From NCBI GenBank assembly GCA_012295275.1, contig CM022670.1:23870001-23934000 (forward strand): DNA of 64,000 nt. The letters are read 5' to 3'. Position numbers and translations under genes: made by a program. Within the stretch, counting starts at the first letter, position 1. Every line of letters begins with the position of its first letter. Below the pieces are notes generated by a model that did no database searches, had not been told where the DNA came from, and worked only from the letters and a program-made list of their open reading frames with translations. Shown one piece after another: positions 36,239-50,100 of the stretch. The stretch is from Chrysomallon squamiferum (Eukaryota > Animalia > Mollusca).

Positions 36239-39200
36239 ATGAGTATTTTTGGTGGGAGCACCACATTTGGTCAGACTAATTCTACTGTGTTTGGGAGCAC
36301 TAATTATAATCCCATGAAAGACATTGAAGTAATTAAAATTTTCATCAAATATTTTAATTAATCTTCAACCAAAAAATTTCCCTTCATTTTAGTATTTAAA
36401 AAATATTCAGTTTAATAACTATATTAAGTTGTGTACACCATAAAAATTATATGTTATTTTATGTTTTAGAATTATTTTAGATAAAGCACTTTATATTGTA
36501 TTCAATTTATTATTTATTTTGTATTCAATGTATTACTATTTTTTTCACAATGTGCACACAGTAGAAATGTAGATTTAATGATTCTAGTGATACTGCAAGC
36601 AGTTAATAAATAACTATTTATTTACATCTTAAACATTAACTCTATTTTTTTATGTCTTTTCTTATTTTTTATAATATAATAATGGGATATATAAACATAC
36701 ACATTTTTAATTTTGTTTTATTTTTATAAGTAGTAATATCAAATACACATTACTTTGTGAATTTAGGTTGTCTCACCTCCAGATGATAGTGTCAGCTGTC
36801 TCAAGTTCAGTCCAGCAGTTTTACCATCAACATTTCTGGTCGCAGGGAGCTGGGATAACAATGTGAGAATTTTATGAATATGTAAAAATATTAATTCAAA
36901 ATAACCTTTTTGGGGATTGTCATTTTAACACAGTGATGTAAAACATTATTATTATTATTACTAACATTTACATTTACATTTGTTGGTCTTTGCCTGAAGG
37001 TCTTGATTGGAAGTATGGTTAAATGTTTATTTCAGCACTCAGTGTGTTAATTATATTTTATTTTGTTTCTGGTTTTAGGTTCGATGTTGGGAAATACAAC
37101 AGAATGGTCAGACAATTCCCAAAGCTCAGCAGACACACACTGGTCCTGTTCTTGATGTTGACTGGAGTGATGTGAGTCCATTTGAAAGTTTACAAGTTTA
37201 AAATAATCTGCTAGATACAAAAATTGATATTTATTATCAGTTAAAACTTAATCTTAAATTATTATTGAAATATTGAGTAAACGTGAAGTGAAAAATTTCA
37301 AAGAACAATTCAAGATGAGAAAACATTTTAAATGTGATGAACATTAGTCCTGGCAAATGAACAAAGGGCAGATAAACACAGAAATACTGCTGCTAAACAT
37401 CCACTGCTTGAAATTATTGTCCCAATTTCGAGATTAAAATAACACGTGTAATCCCAGTTACTCTACTCCAGCCTTTGCTATTAGAAAATCTACATCTCCA
37501 TCTGCATATAGCATTCTGATTTCATCTGCCTGAAGTCTTTCACTGAACAGGTCACTTCTGTCTTTCTCTCATTGTGATCATGACATTTATTCCCATGGAA
37601 ACAAAGTGGAGAAGTTACAACTCATGAAAAGATGCACTGTCAGGATTCTCCACTGCATTAGTTGCAGTCTGCATCATTTCTGATCAGCCCTAATTTTTTC
37701 CTTAGTGTGTTAAATTACTGACATTGATCACTTTCTCTGATGATTGGTATATTTATATAAATTAATTGTTTACTTTTCCCTGAGAAATGTTTACAATATT
37801 TCACTGTGATTTTTGCAGTCTGCTGGCAGGTTTCTAGGTACAACTAGATTTGCTGTAAGTCCAGGAGCTGAGGCAAACAAAATACACATGCCATGGAATG
37901 TTCCTTGACCATTAAGGGTGTGGTTATTATAATCAACATTATCACCAATGAAGTTACCAAAGTGACCTGCAATTGGTGTATCTGTTCCTTAGAGAACCAA
38001 AACACCATGACTGTAAATTTCAGTCAGCAAAAAGGATTCAAACTGATGGTGCATTTCAACCGCTAAACCAAACTGTAAAGGTGCAACAAGTCTTCTAGAC
38101 CTAGACTGCTGCTTGATAGAATACCCCAAATCATGCTGCTGCAAGGTCCCTGGACTTGATTACAAAATATTCACTGAATAATATTCCAAATATTTGATGT
38201 ACATACAATAGATTCTCTGTGAATGAAATGTGTTAGGTTTAGAAGTTCATTGATTCACACAGGCTTTTGATGTCGACTTTCATCATTACACATTCTTTTT
38301 TTCAGATGTATTGTCTTCATACTTTGGAGAATCATAGGAGTTTAAAATACTTTTTTGACTGTTGTTTGTATAGTAATGACATTCTTATGGCCATTCACAT
38401 TGGTGATAATGACACTGTGCCCAAAATGTTTTTCTAGTTTCTGCACTGTATGGTTCAGAATGCATTTCTGACATTCTCTCATTGAGATCATTAATTGTAG
38501 TTTGTTCATCATCATTTTCAGTGAATTCATCCCATGCCTATATGAAAGCTTCTTCCTTTGATGTATCCATATGCTGACTGAGACAAAGTTTCTTAGCATC
38601 ATCTGATAGTCAAAGGTACTTGGTGAGTATATTATTCCAGGATAACATACTTGATGGTAAATGGCATCAACAGTGATAAGGCTAAATGCCTCCACTATTC
38701 ACTCTCCCAATTCATCCTGATCATCTCTGTCATTATAAGCAGAGATGATGGAGTTCCCAGGTTCTAACCTGAAACACATTATCTGCAATTTGTCTTTCAT
38801 CCCTCAGTTTTAGTCCCACACAGAAAGCATTGGTCTTTAAATCTAAACTCATATACTTGAGAACAGTATAATGGCACTTTTGGAATATCACATTCTTGTA
38901 TACTTACTTTTGTTAGATTGTGCTATATCTTTTATATTTGTATGTGTCTTTCTACAATGAACATTCAGCTCCTCATCAGCTGATACTAAAATGGATGGTA
39001 TGTGTCTCTTGCTTCTAGCTGCATTTACTGAAGTGGCTCATTTGTCCCCTAAATGAAATATCTCTAACATGATGGTCCTGAAAGACAGACACTGATATAA
39101 ACTATTACATAATTAAACCTGCCTCCCAGAAACAGTATCAGATTGATGAAAGGGTGATTTCAGCTAGACTGCTGATCTTGGAAGATTTCATCAAATGTAA

Positions 39201-42200
39201 ACCATGGTACAAGACTATAAAAATGCCATACTTAACTTTTAATTTTGAGAATCTATGACTGTTTCCATTCAAAATACTTGAAATACACAGGGAAGGACCA
39301 AGGAAAACAATCATTCACTTATTATGTACATGTATAAATAAGAAAAGTAGGTTTAAAAAGACCAGGTATTAAAGGTCTGTCATCCAGTAAGGGATTAAAA
39401 GATTAGCCTGACTGAGGAACAAAACCAGTCTGGTGAGTCATAAATCAAAAGAAACCACAAGCTGCTTGATTGGATGTAATGTTATTAAAAGGGATTAACT
39501 GAAGGTGTTTAACACTGATATGAAATCATGACCATCAACACAGTTTTATTGAGGTAAACACATATCTGTTACATAATAATAATGTCATGACATCTGGTCA
39601 TCATGGTGATACTACCTTTGCCAGATTTATTCTAAATATATTCTATACCTCTGAACATATTCTTGAAAGTTTTACACACTATTAAATATGGCTTCATGAT
39701 GTCATATCAAGGTCATGATGCCATGGGTACATCAGTGATTCTTTTATATCCATTTATATCCATTTGTAATATATTTATATAGGCTAAAATCAAAGTCAAG
39801 ACTGGTGGGCATATTGGTTTTATGCTAATGAGTAATTTTCCTTGATCAGAATTTGGTAGATTTGGATATAATGTTCCCAGTGGTCTGTCAAAAAGTTCCA
39901 GCAAAAAAAACCTTCTGTTGCAGTGTTGCTGTTTTTTCAATGTCAGTCCATTTTTGGGGTATAGAATAACTGGACTAAATTGCTCATTTGTCAGGCCTGC
40001 TTCATTGGTTCCATATAAGAACTGTAAATTTCCATTATTTATACATGAATTTTTTTTATTATTATTAAATCTATTACAGTTCTTCTGGTATACTTATGTT
40101 TTATTTCAGGATGGCACCAAAATTTTCACAGCATCATGTGACAGAACAGCGAAAATGTGGGATCTAAATAGTAATCAGTTTGTACAAGTTGCTCAGGTAT
40201 GTTCCCCCCTCCAATCCAGTGTGAATAAATATAGATATGTATTATTGAGTTGACTACTGTTCTGTGTTTGAGATTTTTAGAAAAAAAAAAAATGAGATTC
40301 TTATTATTCTTCACTATTTCAGATTTTAAAAACAAAATGTGATTTTGTATTGCAGCATGATGCACCCATTCGAACTGTTCACTGGATAAAAGCTTCTCAG
40401 TATAGCTGTCTGATGACTGGAAGCTGGGACAAAACACTGAAGGCATTTTAAAAAAAATTTCACAAACAAAATCTTTTTTCATCTATTGTTATATTTAATT
40501 TCAAGAAGATTTCAGTAATTTAATAGGAATAATGTAAAGCCTGTTTTAGTCTTATACATTTTTGTATTAAAATTAAAGCAATATTTTCATAATATATTTA
40601 CCTTTGCACTAGAAGATTAATTTCAGAGAGGACAATATTCACCTGTTAAGTGGAAGTAGGAACTGGTTTTGAGAATGATTTAAGGTTAAAATGGATGGTT
40701 AACAGTTTCAACAATTAAGAAGTGCCATTATTTTATTTTTTATATTTAAGGCAATGTATTCTATTTATCAGAGAATTGATAATCATAGTAATATTAAATT
40801 ATATATATATGTTAAATCCATCAAGAATTTATGCTACTGTGTCCTATAAAAAGGCTTTACTGAATTATATTATAGAATGTTTATTCTTTTTTTTTTTTTT
40901 TTCAAATTTTTTTTTCATACCACTATGAAATTGTAATAAAAATTATTTGTTTTAAAATCTAAACTTATTATTTTTATGACTGTTGCAAAATTGAAATTTA
41001 ATAACTTATCTACCATTATTATTGTTTATTTTTGTTTTTTCTAGTTTTGGGATACTCGCTCACCCACACCATTAATGAATATACAATTGCCAGAGAGATG
41101 TTACTGTGCAGATGTTGTAAGCCACAATATAATATAACTCCATATCAGATTTCCTGTTTCACATGTTAATTATTTGGTACTTCTTTAAAGAAAAATACTT
41201 AGGTTATAGTGTTATTTTGTAGCATATCAAAACATAAAAATTAATGTTTCATTTCAGTGAATATTTATATATCAAACCTTCATAAAATCTCCTTAAATAT
41301 GGTTTTAAAAAAGTTAAAAATTATTAATTGTAAATCAGTAAAAATAGGTTTTTTTTTTTTTTATATTTGACTTTTTTTAAAGAAATTTCCCATGGCTGTG
41401 GTTGGTACTGCTGGTCGAGGTTTGATTATATATCAGTTGGAAACCCAGCCACAAGAATTCAAAAGAACAGAATCACCACTTAAATATCAGGTCTGTAGTT
41501 TTTGACAGATGTTGAATTTTATTGTTAATAGTTAATCCATAAACAATATATTCAAATATCCATCACATACTGCTTTCATTCTTTTTTGTCACATTGAAAT
41601 TATATCAGTATTAAAATTAGTATGTTTAGATTTGGCATTTTCATAACAACAAAATTTTAGGAGTTCATTCATCCAACAACAAATTGCTTGTGATAGTTAC
41701 ATTTTATAGCTTTTATTGTTTACTACAGTTAAATGTAGTTTTTGTTATTCTAAACCCTTAGTTACATGGGTCAAAGAAGCTTGTTACTATTAATAATGTT
41801 GTGTTAAAATACATATTGGTATTGTCTGTCCAGAAACATAGGTTGCCTGTCAACATGATATTACACAGTGATTTGTGAAGATTTTAAAATAAATTTGCAT
41901 AATCAGATGTGATTTATACACCAGTATTTTATATGTGATCCAAATATGTTACCAAGACATATTTTTGTTAGAAAGGCTTAAATTCTGCTCAGAATATATA
42001 ATTTTTACTTTTTTCTCCCAATTTCTTCAGCATCGATGTGTTAGCATTTTCTTAGATAAGAAAACTAGCATGCCAACTGGGTTTGCTCTCGGAAGCATTG
42101 AAGGACGGGTAGCAATTCACTATGTAAATCCAACAAACCCAAAGGATAACTTCACATTTAAATGTCACAGATCTAATGGGTCTTCTAGTGGAATGCAGGA

Positions 42201-45200
42201 TATTTATGCTGTAAGTGTAACATTATGGATTTTATTATTATTCATTTATAAATTATTCTGGAATATGATTCAACTGTTTTCTATCTTGAATGATGAATTA
42301 TATGCAAATGTTTATTTCATTGTCAACCCTCCATTAGTGTATAAATCTCTCAATAAAAATATACTGGTCAATCTTTAACATTAGTTAGTTAATAAACTAA
42401 TTTTGGGTACAATTTAGAGTGTAATATGCAAGCACAAATGTAAGTAATATATGTAGATATTTTTTAATTTTCCCTCAGGTGAATGACATTTCTTTTCATC
42501 CTGTACATGGAACCTTAGCAACTGTTGGTTCTGATGGCAGATTCAGCTTCTGGGATAAAGATGCTCGCACAAAACTCAAAACATCAGAGCAGTTTGATCA
42601 GCCTATCACTACTTGCAACTTCAACGCACAAGGAAACATCTTTGCTTATGCCTCCAGTTATGACTGGTCAAAGGTGAAAGAAATATGTTTTAATAAACAA
42701 GCTGGACATTCCTTATCTGAAATGCTTACATTCATATTTTATATATGCAAAGTCAACAGGTGGTTTTTTATAATATTTTTAATAATTTTGTGCCTTATAT
42801 AAAATATACTTATGATAAACATTTGGAAACTGCAGCATGTTACAATCGCTGATTATAAAATTTCTTTCATTTATAGTTGCTGCTGTTTTGCAGGAACAGA
42901 TAGCTTTTAGCAAGAAAGAAATCGAGCTTAAAAACAATGGCAGACTGAAGCAATCACTTTGAGGAGTTGATGTCAAAGAAATTTTTATATTTTCCAGGAT
43001 CAGCAAAGTATTAAATATTAGGCATATGAATTGCATTTTATAAAAAAAAAATGTTATGGTTGGTAAACATGAAGATTTGGAATAAGGACCATTAATGTTG
43101 GCCAAATTTCACTCAATCCCACATGTTGAAAGTAATCTTTAAACAAAAGCAATTAACTTCAGTTTGAGAGTTTGACAGTCTGCTGTGTTTAATAGGAACA
43201 TATTAACACTAGCCAATCCCAGATTAATGGATGTGATTCCATGTTTATCTTTGACACCTGGCATACTAATATGATGCCTCTTGTAACAATTTCTGCTGCT
43301 TATGTTAATACCAATTACACTGTATAAAAGTCTCTACAAAAATCCTTTATACATATGTAAAATGTTAATACTAATTGAACCATAAACCTTTTAAATGTAT
43401 ACATGAACCTTCTCTAATCATTGTGCATACTTTGGTTAAAATAAAGACAAATATAACATCAGTGAAACATTTATACTTACAGAAAGTAACAACAATTATC
43501 ATAAAGATAAAAACTCAAGTATATGTAAATTAACAATTACACAAAAATATATAATTGTAAATAGTAATGTCAGTAACATCCAAATGACCAGTGTCACCTT
43601 CTGATCAGAAATAATGAATGTTATTGTGTTGTTACCAAGAATAGGCTGGGTTTCAATCAAACATACTCCCATATGAAGATTAATATTGATCATGTTAATT
43701 ATTATAAGTTATAACCACTGTTACTTAAAGGTATGCCAAGACATATTCAAAATAAATGAAAGTCCACATTTAAAATTGGGCAGTAAAATGCTTAGAATGC
43801 AATTACTGTCTCATCTTTAATGTGTAACATCTTACTTATTCTTTTTAGTAGACATATTTAAATGAATGCACTAAACCTAAATTAATTACTGGGGTCATGA
43901 CATATGACACATGACCCATACATTTCTCCAATGCTAACAAAGTAAGAGGTGGTAATTTTAATTTATCTTGCTAGCACTAACTCATCTCAGATTACTTTAT
44001 AAACTGATGAACATTAAATTCTGATCTTCTTTGAACATGAAATAATGATTAATATTTCAACACACTTTCCAATTTTAAATGCTGCCATCATCAACGACAC
44101 AAAAACCAAAAACCTTTAATAATAATTTTAATTTACGTAGTAAAATTTTTGACGTGTCTGTCACACACACACACACACATACCCCAGTGAGAAAATGTTA
44201 TTGTCCTCAGTAACAAATTGTCTCTGTTACTTTAGTTCCTGCATCAAGTAACTGAGCTAGCTGTCTCAAATAGTCAGAGCATGAGGAGTGATTCAGAAAC
44301 AGGTTACAACTTACCTGTTTATTTGCCCAAAATATGTCTGCCCCAGATTAAACCTATCAACTATGTTTCAGTTAATATGCCAAGTTTTTTTTTTTTAACT
44401 TGGTCCAAAATGCAAGTAGACCTGAATAGGTCTCTTGATAATAGCAATAAATAGTATTCACTGAACTGAAATATTAATGTGAATACTGACATGCTAATTA
44501 CTTAATTACATTATTTTTTTATTCAGTATTAACAGAGAGAAAAAAAAGGAAATGTACTTGAATCTATTGAATCACAATTTGAAATAATGCACATAGTGTA
44601 TCTTATCAGCTGGGAATCTTGCAGAGTTAAGCATGAAGTCTCACATACTCATCAGTATTCAATTTTCTGTATTGCAGATCCTGTAAGGGTATTGGTTGTT
44701 TTTCACCTGTTTCTAAATATAAGGGTCAAATCCTATTAGTATCAAATCCCATATCTGACATCAAATGTAAAGTTTGGGGGTGGTAAGGGTTACATGGGCG
44801 AGTGAAAAATAACTTAAATATGTTCTGGGATCAACAAAGAAACTGAGTTTCGAATCAAGGGCTTTGATAATAGGTAACCATTGATAACACAAATATTAAA
44901 ATACAGAAACAAAATCATTTGTTTTTACAAAGAGGACAAACCCACCCAAGTTCATGAAAACTGTTTTTAATACAAAGCAGAATTAAAGATTCTACAGGTA
45001 TAAAATTAGAACAACCAAAAACCAAACCAAATCCTTACTCAACTCAAGTCTATTATGTAAAGGTGTATTGTCATTTCTAGTTTCTTTCATAAACATTTTG
45101 TTTAACTTCCAGGGTCATGAAGGATATGATCCGCAGAAGATGAAACCACACATTTTTCTGCGATCCTGCTTTGATGAATTAAAACCCAGTACAAAAAGAT

Positions 45201-45205
45201 CTTAA
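36239..45205 (+). CDS. RAE1: mRNA export factor RAE1 (Gle2), WD40 protein, 10 coding exons, 366 aa
   Basis: Exons: 36239-36328, 36767-36862, 37079-37171, 40110-40196, 40356-40442, 41045-41116, 41383-41490, 42031-42210, 42479-42673, 45113-45205 (1101 nt). Motifs: [59 protein letters not shown] and SSYDWSKGHE. Confidence 0.97.
37450..39090 (-). mobile_element. Degenerate DNA-transposon protein relic (Academ-like) in RAE1 intron 3
   Basis: Frameshifted and stop-interrupted peptides in order on the minus strand: [100 protein letters not shown]. They resemble the large transposase/XPG-like proteins of Academ elements; the assignment is by motif recall. Confidence 0.7.
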
Positions 45206-47053
45206 CGCACTATGTGGCAGGCCTCTGCTGATACAGGTCACTGGAACCAAGTTGAAGACACAAATATACAGAATTAAGTCTTAAGTTGAAATGAAACAGT
45301 ATTTAAAGTCTGCATAGCTTTGCTTTTTGAACAAATTCTTCATTGTAATTATACATCATAATTAGTTTGTAAAATAAATCATGTATATTAGCAGCCCTTC
45401 ACAGAATTGGTTACATCATTTATTTATGATAAAACATTTTTCTTTGAATCAAAAGTTTAATAATTAGTATTAAAAAATAATAATAAAAAAAATAATAAAA
45501 ATTGTCATAAGTAAAGAGTGCTAGTACTTTAGCAGTGTAATTGAGCACTATTACTATAGAAATGTTAAATAATTACATCATCCTTGATCATTCATTTCTA
45601 TTCATGACATTAATTATAAAATGAGAAATTTATTGTTTTGATTTTTAAAATGTACTTTACACATTTTTTAGAAATTATATTTTATTGCGTGTACATTGTT
45701 AGTAACCTATTAGTTACTGGAAGATCATGCTGTTTTTATATAAATATAACATAATCTTCAAATGATGTTAAAGGGATTTTAGGAATCTGGTGGAAATGTA
45801 TAGATGATTTTTAAAGTTGAATAGTTACAATGATATATGTGTATATATACCTTAAGTATTTTTCATTTTTGATATGTAAGTATGTGTATATAAATGTTTT
45901 AAATAATATTAATAAAAAGATAACTCATGCTGTCATTATGTTGTAATTATAAAATAAATATTGGTTCCCTCTTGTAAATTTGTAATGTGAACAGATTTTT
46001 TTTTATTATTAATGTCTAAATGAGGATTTCATCTCCATTACTTTTTTCATGTTTTTTTTTTATTTTATTTTATTTTTTTATTATTATTTTTTTTTTTATC
46101 ATGTGTGTGTGTATGTGGACTTTGTATTTAACCACATTTGTGCAAAATATTACCTAAATCTGGCACTAAAATCAGCCAAAACCATCCGAACTGTCGGTAA
46201 TGATCGAAAACAAACCATTATGGACGCCCGTTTCGTGCATGATCAAATGCTGCGATTACTAAATAATTTGATGTTTATTTTTATTCTATTTCAATAGATT
46301 AAATGTTTATTATTATATTTATACAAAATTAATGACCTGTAACATTACCTAACGTAGAATTTTCAGGCGATGTGAAAATACAATGAACTTCAATCATACT
46401 ATTGTTTAATTAAAGCTAGGAGTAGGGGGAAGAGCAAAAATTATAAGAATTCTCGGAACTTAAAATTTCCAATTTTTCGTTATTTTTTATTTTATAGTTT
46501 TATCCATGCTCTTTCCAGTATAATTTTAATTTGAGGACTTTCAATATTATTTTTTAATTTATTTTGATTTCTTCTTTTTCTTCTTATTATATTTATTTAT
46601 TTATTATTATTATTATTATTTTATTTTTATTTATTATTATTATTTTTTTTTTGAAATAAAAATATACATTTGAGCATCTTCTCAAAATGTACATAATGGG
46701 TCATCTGATTAATCACTTCTGACATGTAATTTAAAGGATACTGAAAAATCTGTATCTTATTTATTTTCATTTATAGCGACAATTCTGCAGCTTGCAAAAC
46801 TCAATTCTAAATGTTTTGATTGATTATTATCGGTTTCTGTGGATTGTTGTCGGTAATTAGTAAGACCCAAGTAAATTGGTCGTTTATATTTTACGACTTA
46901 ATTCACTTTTATATAATTATAATAGAGATATCATAGTACAAGTATAACTTAATTTGATACATATATTAAAACATTTACATTAAAAAATGATATTTAAATT
47001 TTAAAAATCGCAGTAATTATTTACCATCAGATAACGTTGTTGCTGTTCGTTCC

Positions 47054-47075
47054 ATTTCCGGAAATAATACACGTG
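47054..47075 (+). promoter_or_regulatory. WDR36 proximal promoter motifs: palindromic Ets/STAT-like site and E-box
   Basis: A perfect palindrome ATTTCCGGAAAT (47054-47065) and CACGTG (47070-47075) lie 45-67 nt upstream of the ATG. Confidence 0.5.
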
Positions 47076-47120
47076 CTAGTAAATATTGATGTCAGGTTTT
47101 TTGAAACCGCTTGATAAATA

Positions 47121-50100
47121 ATGACATCATCGAGCAAAGTATTTGCTGGATACAGAGCAGTTGGAATTGTCAGCAATGATGTTCCACTGGCAATAAGATA
47201 CAATAAAAAACACCAAGAAAATTATATTATTACTTGTGTAGGAAAAGCCTTTCATGTTTACAAAGTAAGTACTCTCCGAGTGACGTGAGTCTCTACTAAT
47301 ACTGTAATAGTATTAGTAATACTAATACTAATAAAGTAATACTAATAGTAACAGCATTAGTATCATATAAGTTAGTACCATTTCATTCAAAAGGCTACAC
47401 CGATTACTTATCAGCAAACAATCTTTTAAGCAAAACTGAAAAGCATGACATAATCTTTGACAAACCTGGATTATCATAATCATTATGGATAGAAAAGAAA
47501 ATCATAATGGACCATTTTGAGCATTGATCCAATAACTAATTCAAATTGTGCATGAGATACAAATACTACTTTTGAGCTGTAACTTGTTCTTTTTAAAGTT
47601 CATGATAATGCGGATGTCATAGTTTAATTAATCATGACAAACATATTTTAAAGTCTCATTTAAAAAAGAAAAAAAACAGAAGTAATAATTATTATAATTA
47701 TTGGGCAATATTCAAATGTTTAATGATACTGATTGTTTTCATTACAGTCTCGTAGGCTTGGAATAGTCAGTGTCAGTAAGTCCTTTCATTTTATTCAAAT
47801 TTACCATCATTTTTTAAAGTAATTTTTCTGATATATACTAATTTTTTATCTGTACATTTATAGACAGATTTAGTTTCATTATTATTACTCTTCTGATTAT
47901 TATTTCTTCTATAATTTTTATTTTTTATTTTATTTTTATAATTATTTTTGGTATCATTTTTATTTATTTATTTTATTATTATTATATTTTTTATTATTAT
48001 TTTTAAAACATTTATTGAGATTTATAAAATGATAATAGTTGTTTATTTTCCTCTGAATTTTTATTTTTCTAGTTATAGTAATTTTACTGTACAGATTTAA
48101 ACTAATTTTTTAAAAATTATTATTGGGTCATTCCATGTCAAATCACCCCCAAAAATCACCTGACTGTCTTTGATTTTTATGAACCTTGGTATACTTGTTG
48201 ACTGGGATCCCACAGCACCAGAGTTCATATATATAGGCCTACAATGTCTTACTTGGTGATCAAGAGAGAAATTTGGGGGGCTGTGTCTCCCACACCACTT
48301 GTCTGATTGGCCTAAAATTTCAGATCTGATGCTGTGGGATCCCAGTCAACAAGTATACCAAGTTTCATAAAAATCTGAGACAGTCGGGTTTAACCCATTG
48401 GGTGATTTGACCCAGAATGACCCTATTTCATTTTATAGTAGGGTTTTTTGTTGAGTATTTTTTTATTTTATTTTTTTTTTTTTTTTTGAGACAAAATATT
48501 GTTCATTTTCCTCTGACTTTTCAATAAATTGCTTGGTTTCTGCAGTGAATGACTTATATTGAAGTATTCATTATCATTATGATTTGACATTTCTCATATT
48601 TTACATATTTAACATTATTTCAATTTATTTAACATAATTTCATCTTTGATAATATTACATTTGTTTCAGGTGATAACCATGAAAGTGATATTTCATGTGT
48701 GGCTGTTGATAATTGTTATGTGTTTACAGCCTGCAAAAACAAGGTGTATGCCTTCAACAGAAACAGTAAAGTAAGAAGACTGATATTTTGATGCAAGATT
48801 ACAATTTAAATGTTAGATCTCTCTCTACACTTTTAAAATTAATAATAATAATAAAAATCACAGACTATAATAATGTTATAAGCAGATAACAGTTTTCTGA
48901 ATTTCTAACCAAAAAAAAAGAAGAAAAAATGCTTTATAAATTTCAGCAAAACTCGTACTTTGATTTTTGGGGTCATAATTATTTTCAGACAGTTTAATGA
49001 AATCGCACTCTCATTTATTGCATACCCTTAACAATTAAACATTTTGTATTTTTATTTTTATTTTTCCCCATAAAATGATAAAGGACTTTAAATCATAGCA
49101 AATTGCAGAATTTATATCTGAATATTTTTTTTTATATTTTTTTTATAGGTATGTCATGTGTATGAAGGACATGAAGAAGAGGTTCAGTTTCTGTTGGTCT
49201 TTGGAAATCACATACTTTCTGCAGATACCTCAAGTCACATTAAAGTATGGGATATTGAATCTGAAGGTAAAGTTTATTTTTTCTTATGAATATCTCAGCA
49301 TCGCTACAGGTACAAAGCAGTATATCTGCAAAAATATTAAAATAGTTATATATACACTCATAGATAAATGTTTTATATCTTGAAAAATGTGTGCTGTTTA
49401 ATTTATAATTATCATCTGTTTCTGTTATTGTTAATGTTACTATAAGTGATATTTTGAGTAGAGAATGATAGATATCACCAGCTGTATCTAAATTTTCAAG
49501 TTTTATTTAATTATCAAGAATGGAAAGCCTACAAAACATCTGTCAAAAAAATGTATTTAAAAAAACAACAACAAACAAACAAAAAACCAAACCAGCAAAC
49601 AGTTCAAATCACATTAATTACTATATTTAACTTTTAAGTTAAAATTTTATTAAAGGATGTGATGGATTGTTAAAGATAATAATAAAAATGTAACAGATAT
49701 AGAAATGATATATCAGAATGTCATACATATCCTATTTGCATTGATTGATTTGTTTGTTTGCCCCCCAGAAATTTATTCGGAGATGTCATTCTGTGGTGAT
49801 ACCTTCACAATTTCTGTAATGATGCATCCTACCACATACCTGAACAAGATTCTGCTGGGCAGCAAACAGGGTATAATGCAGCTGTGGAATATCAAGTCTG
49901 ATAAGTTGATCTACAGGTTTGAAAGCTTGGATGCCCCTATCACTGTCATAGAACAGGTGTTGTTTGTTTTATCCAGTAGTTATAAATGTGTAATTACAAA
50001 CATTTGTATAATATAACACTTACTTCATGTTATATTTTAAGTACATTTTTCTGATGTAATTTTCATTTCTTTAGATTGAAATCAGTTATAAAAAAAATGG

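Noticed and set aside
37334-37430. Box C-like GTGATGA in RAE1 intron 3 (C/D snoRNA candidate)
   Set aside because: No box D (CTGA) at a suitable distance and no terminal stem. No intronic snoRNA could be supported in any of the genes.
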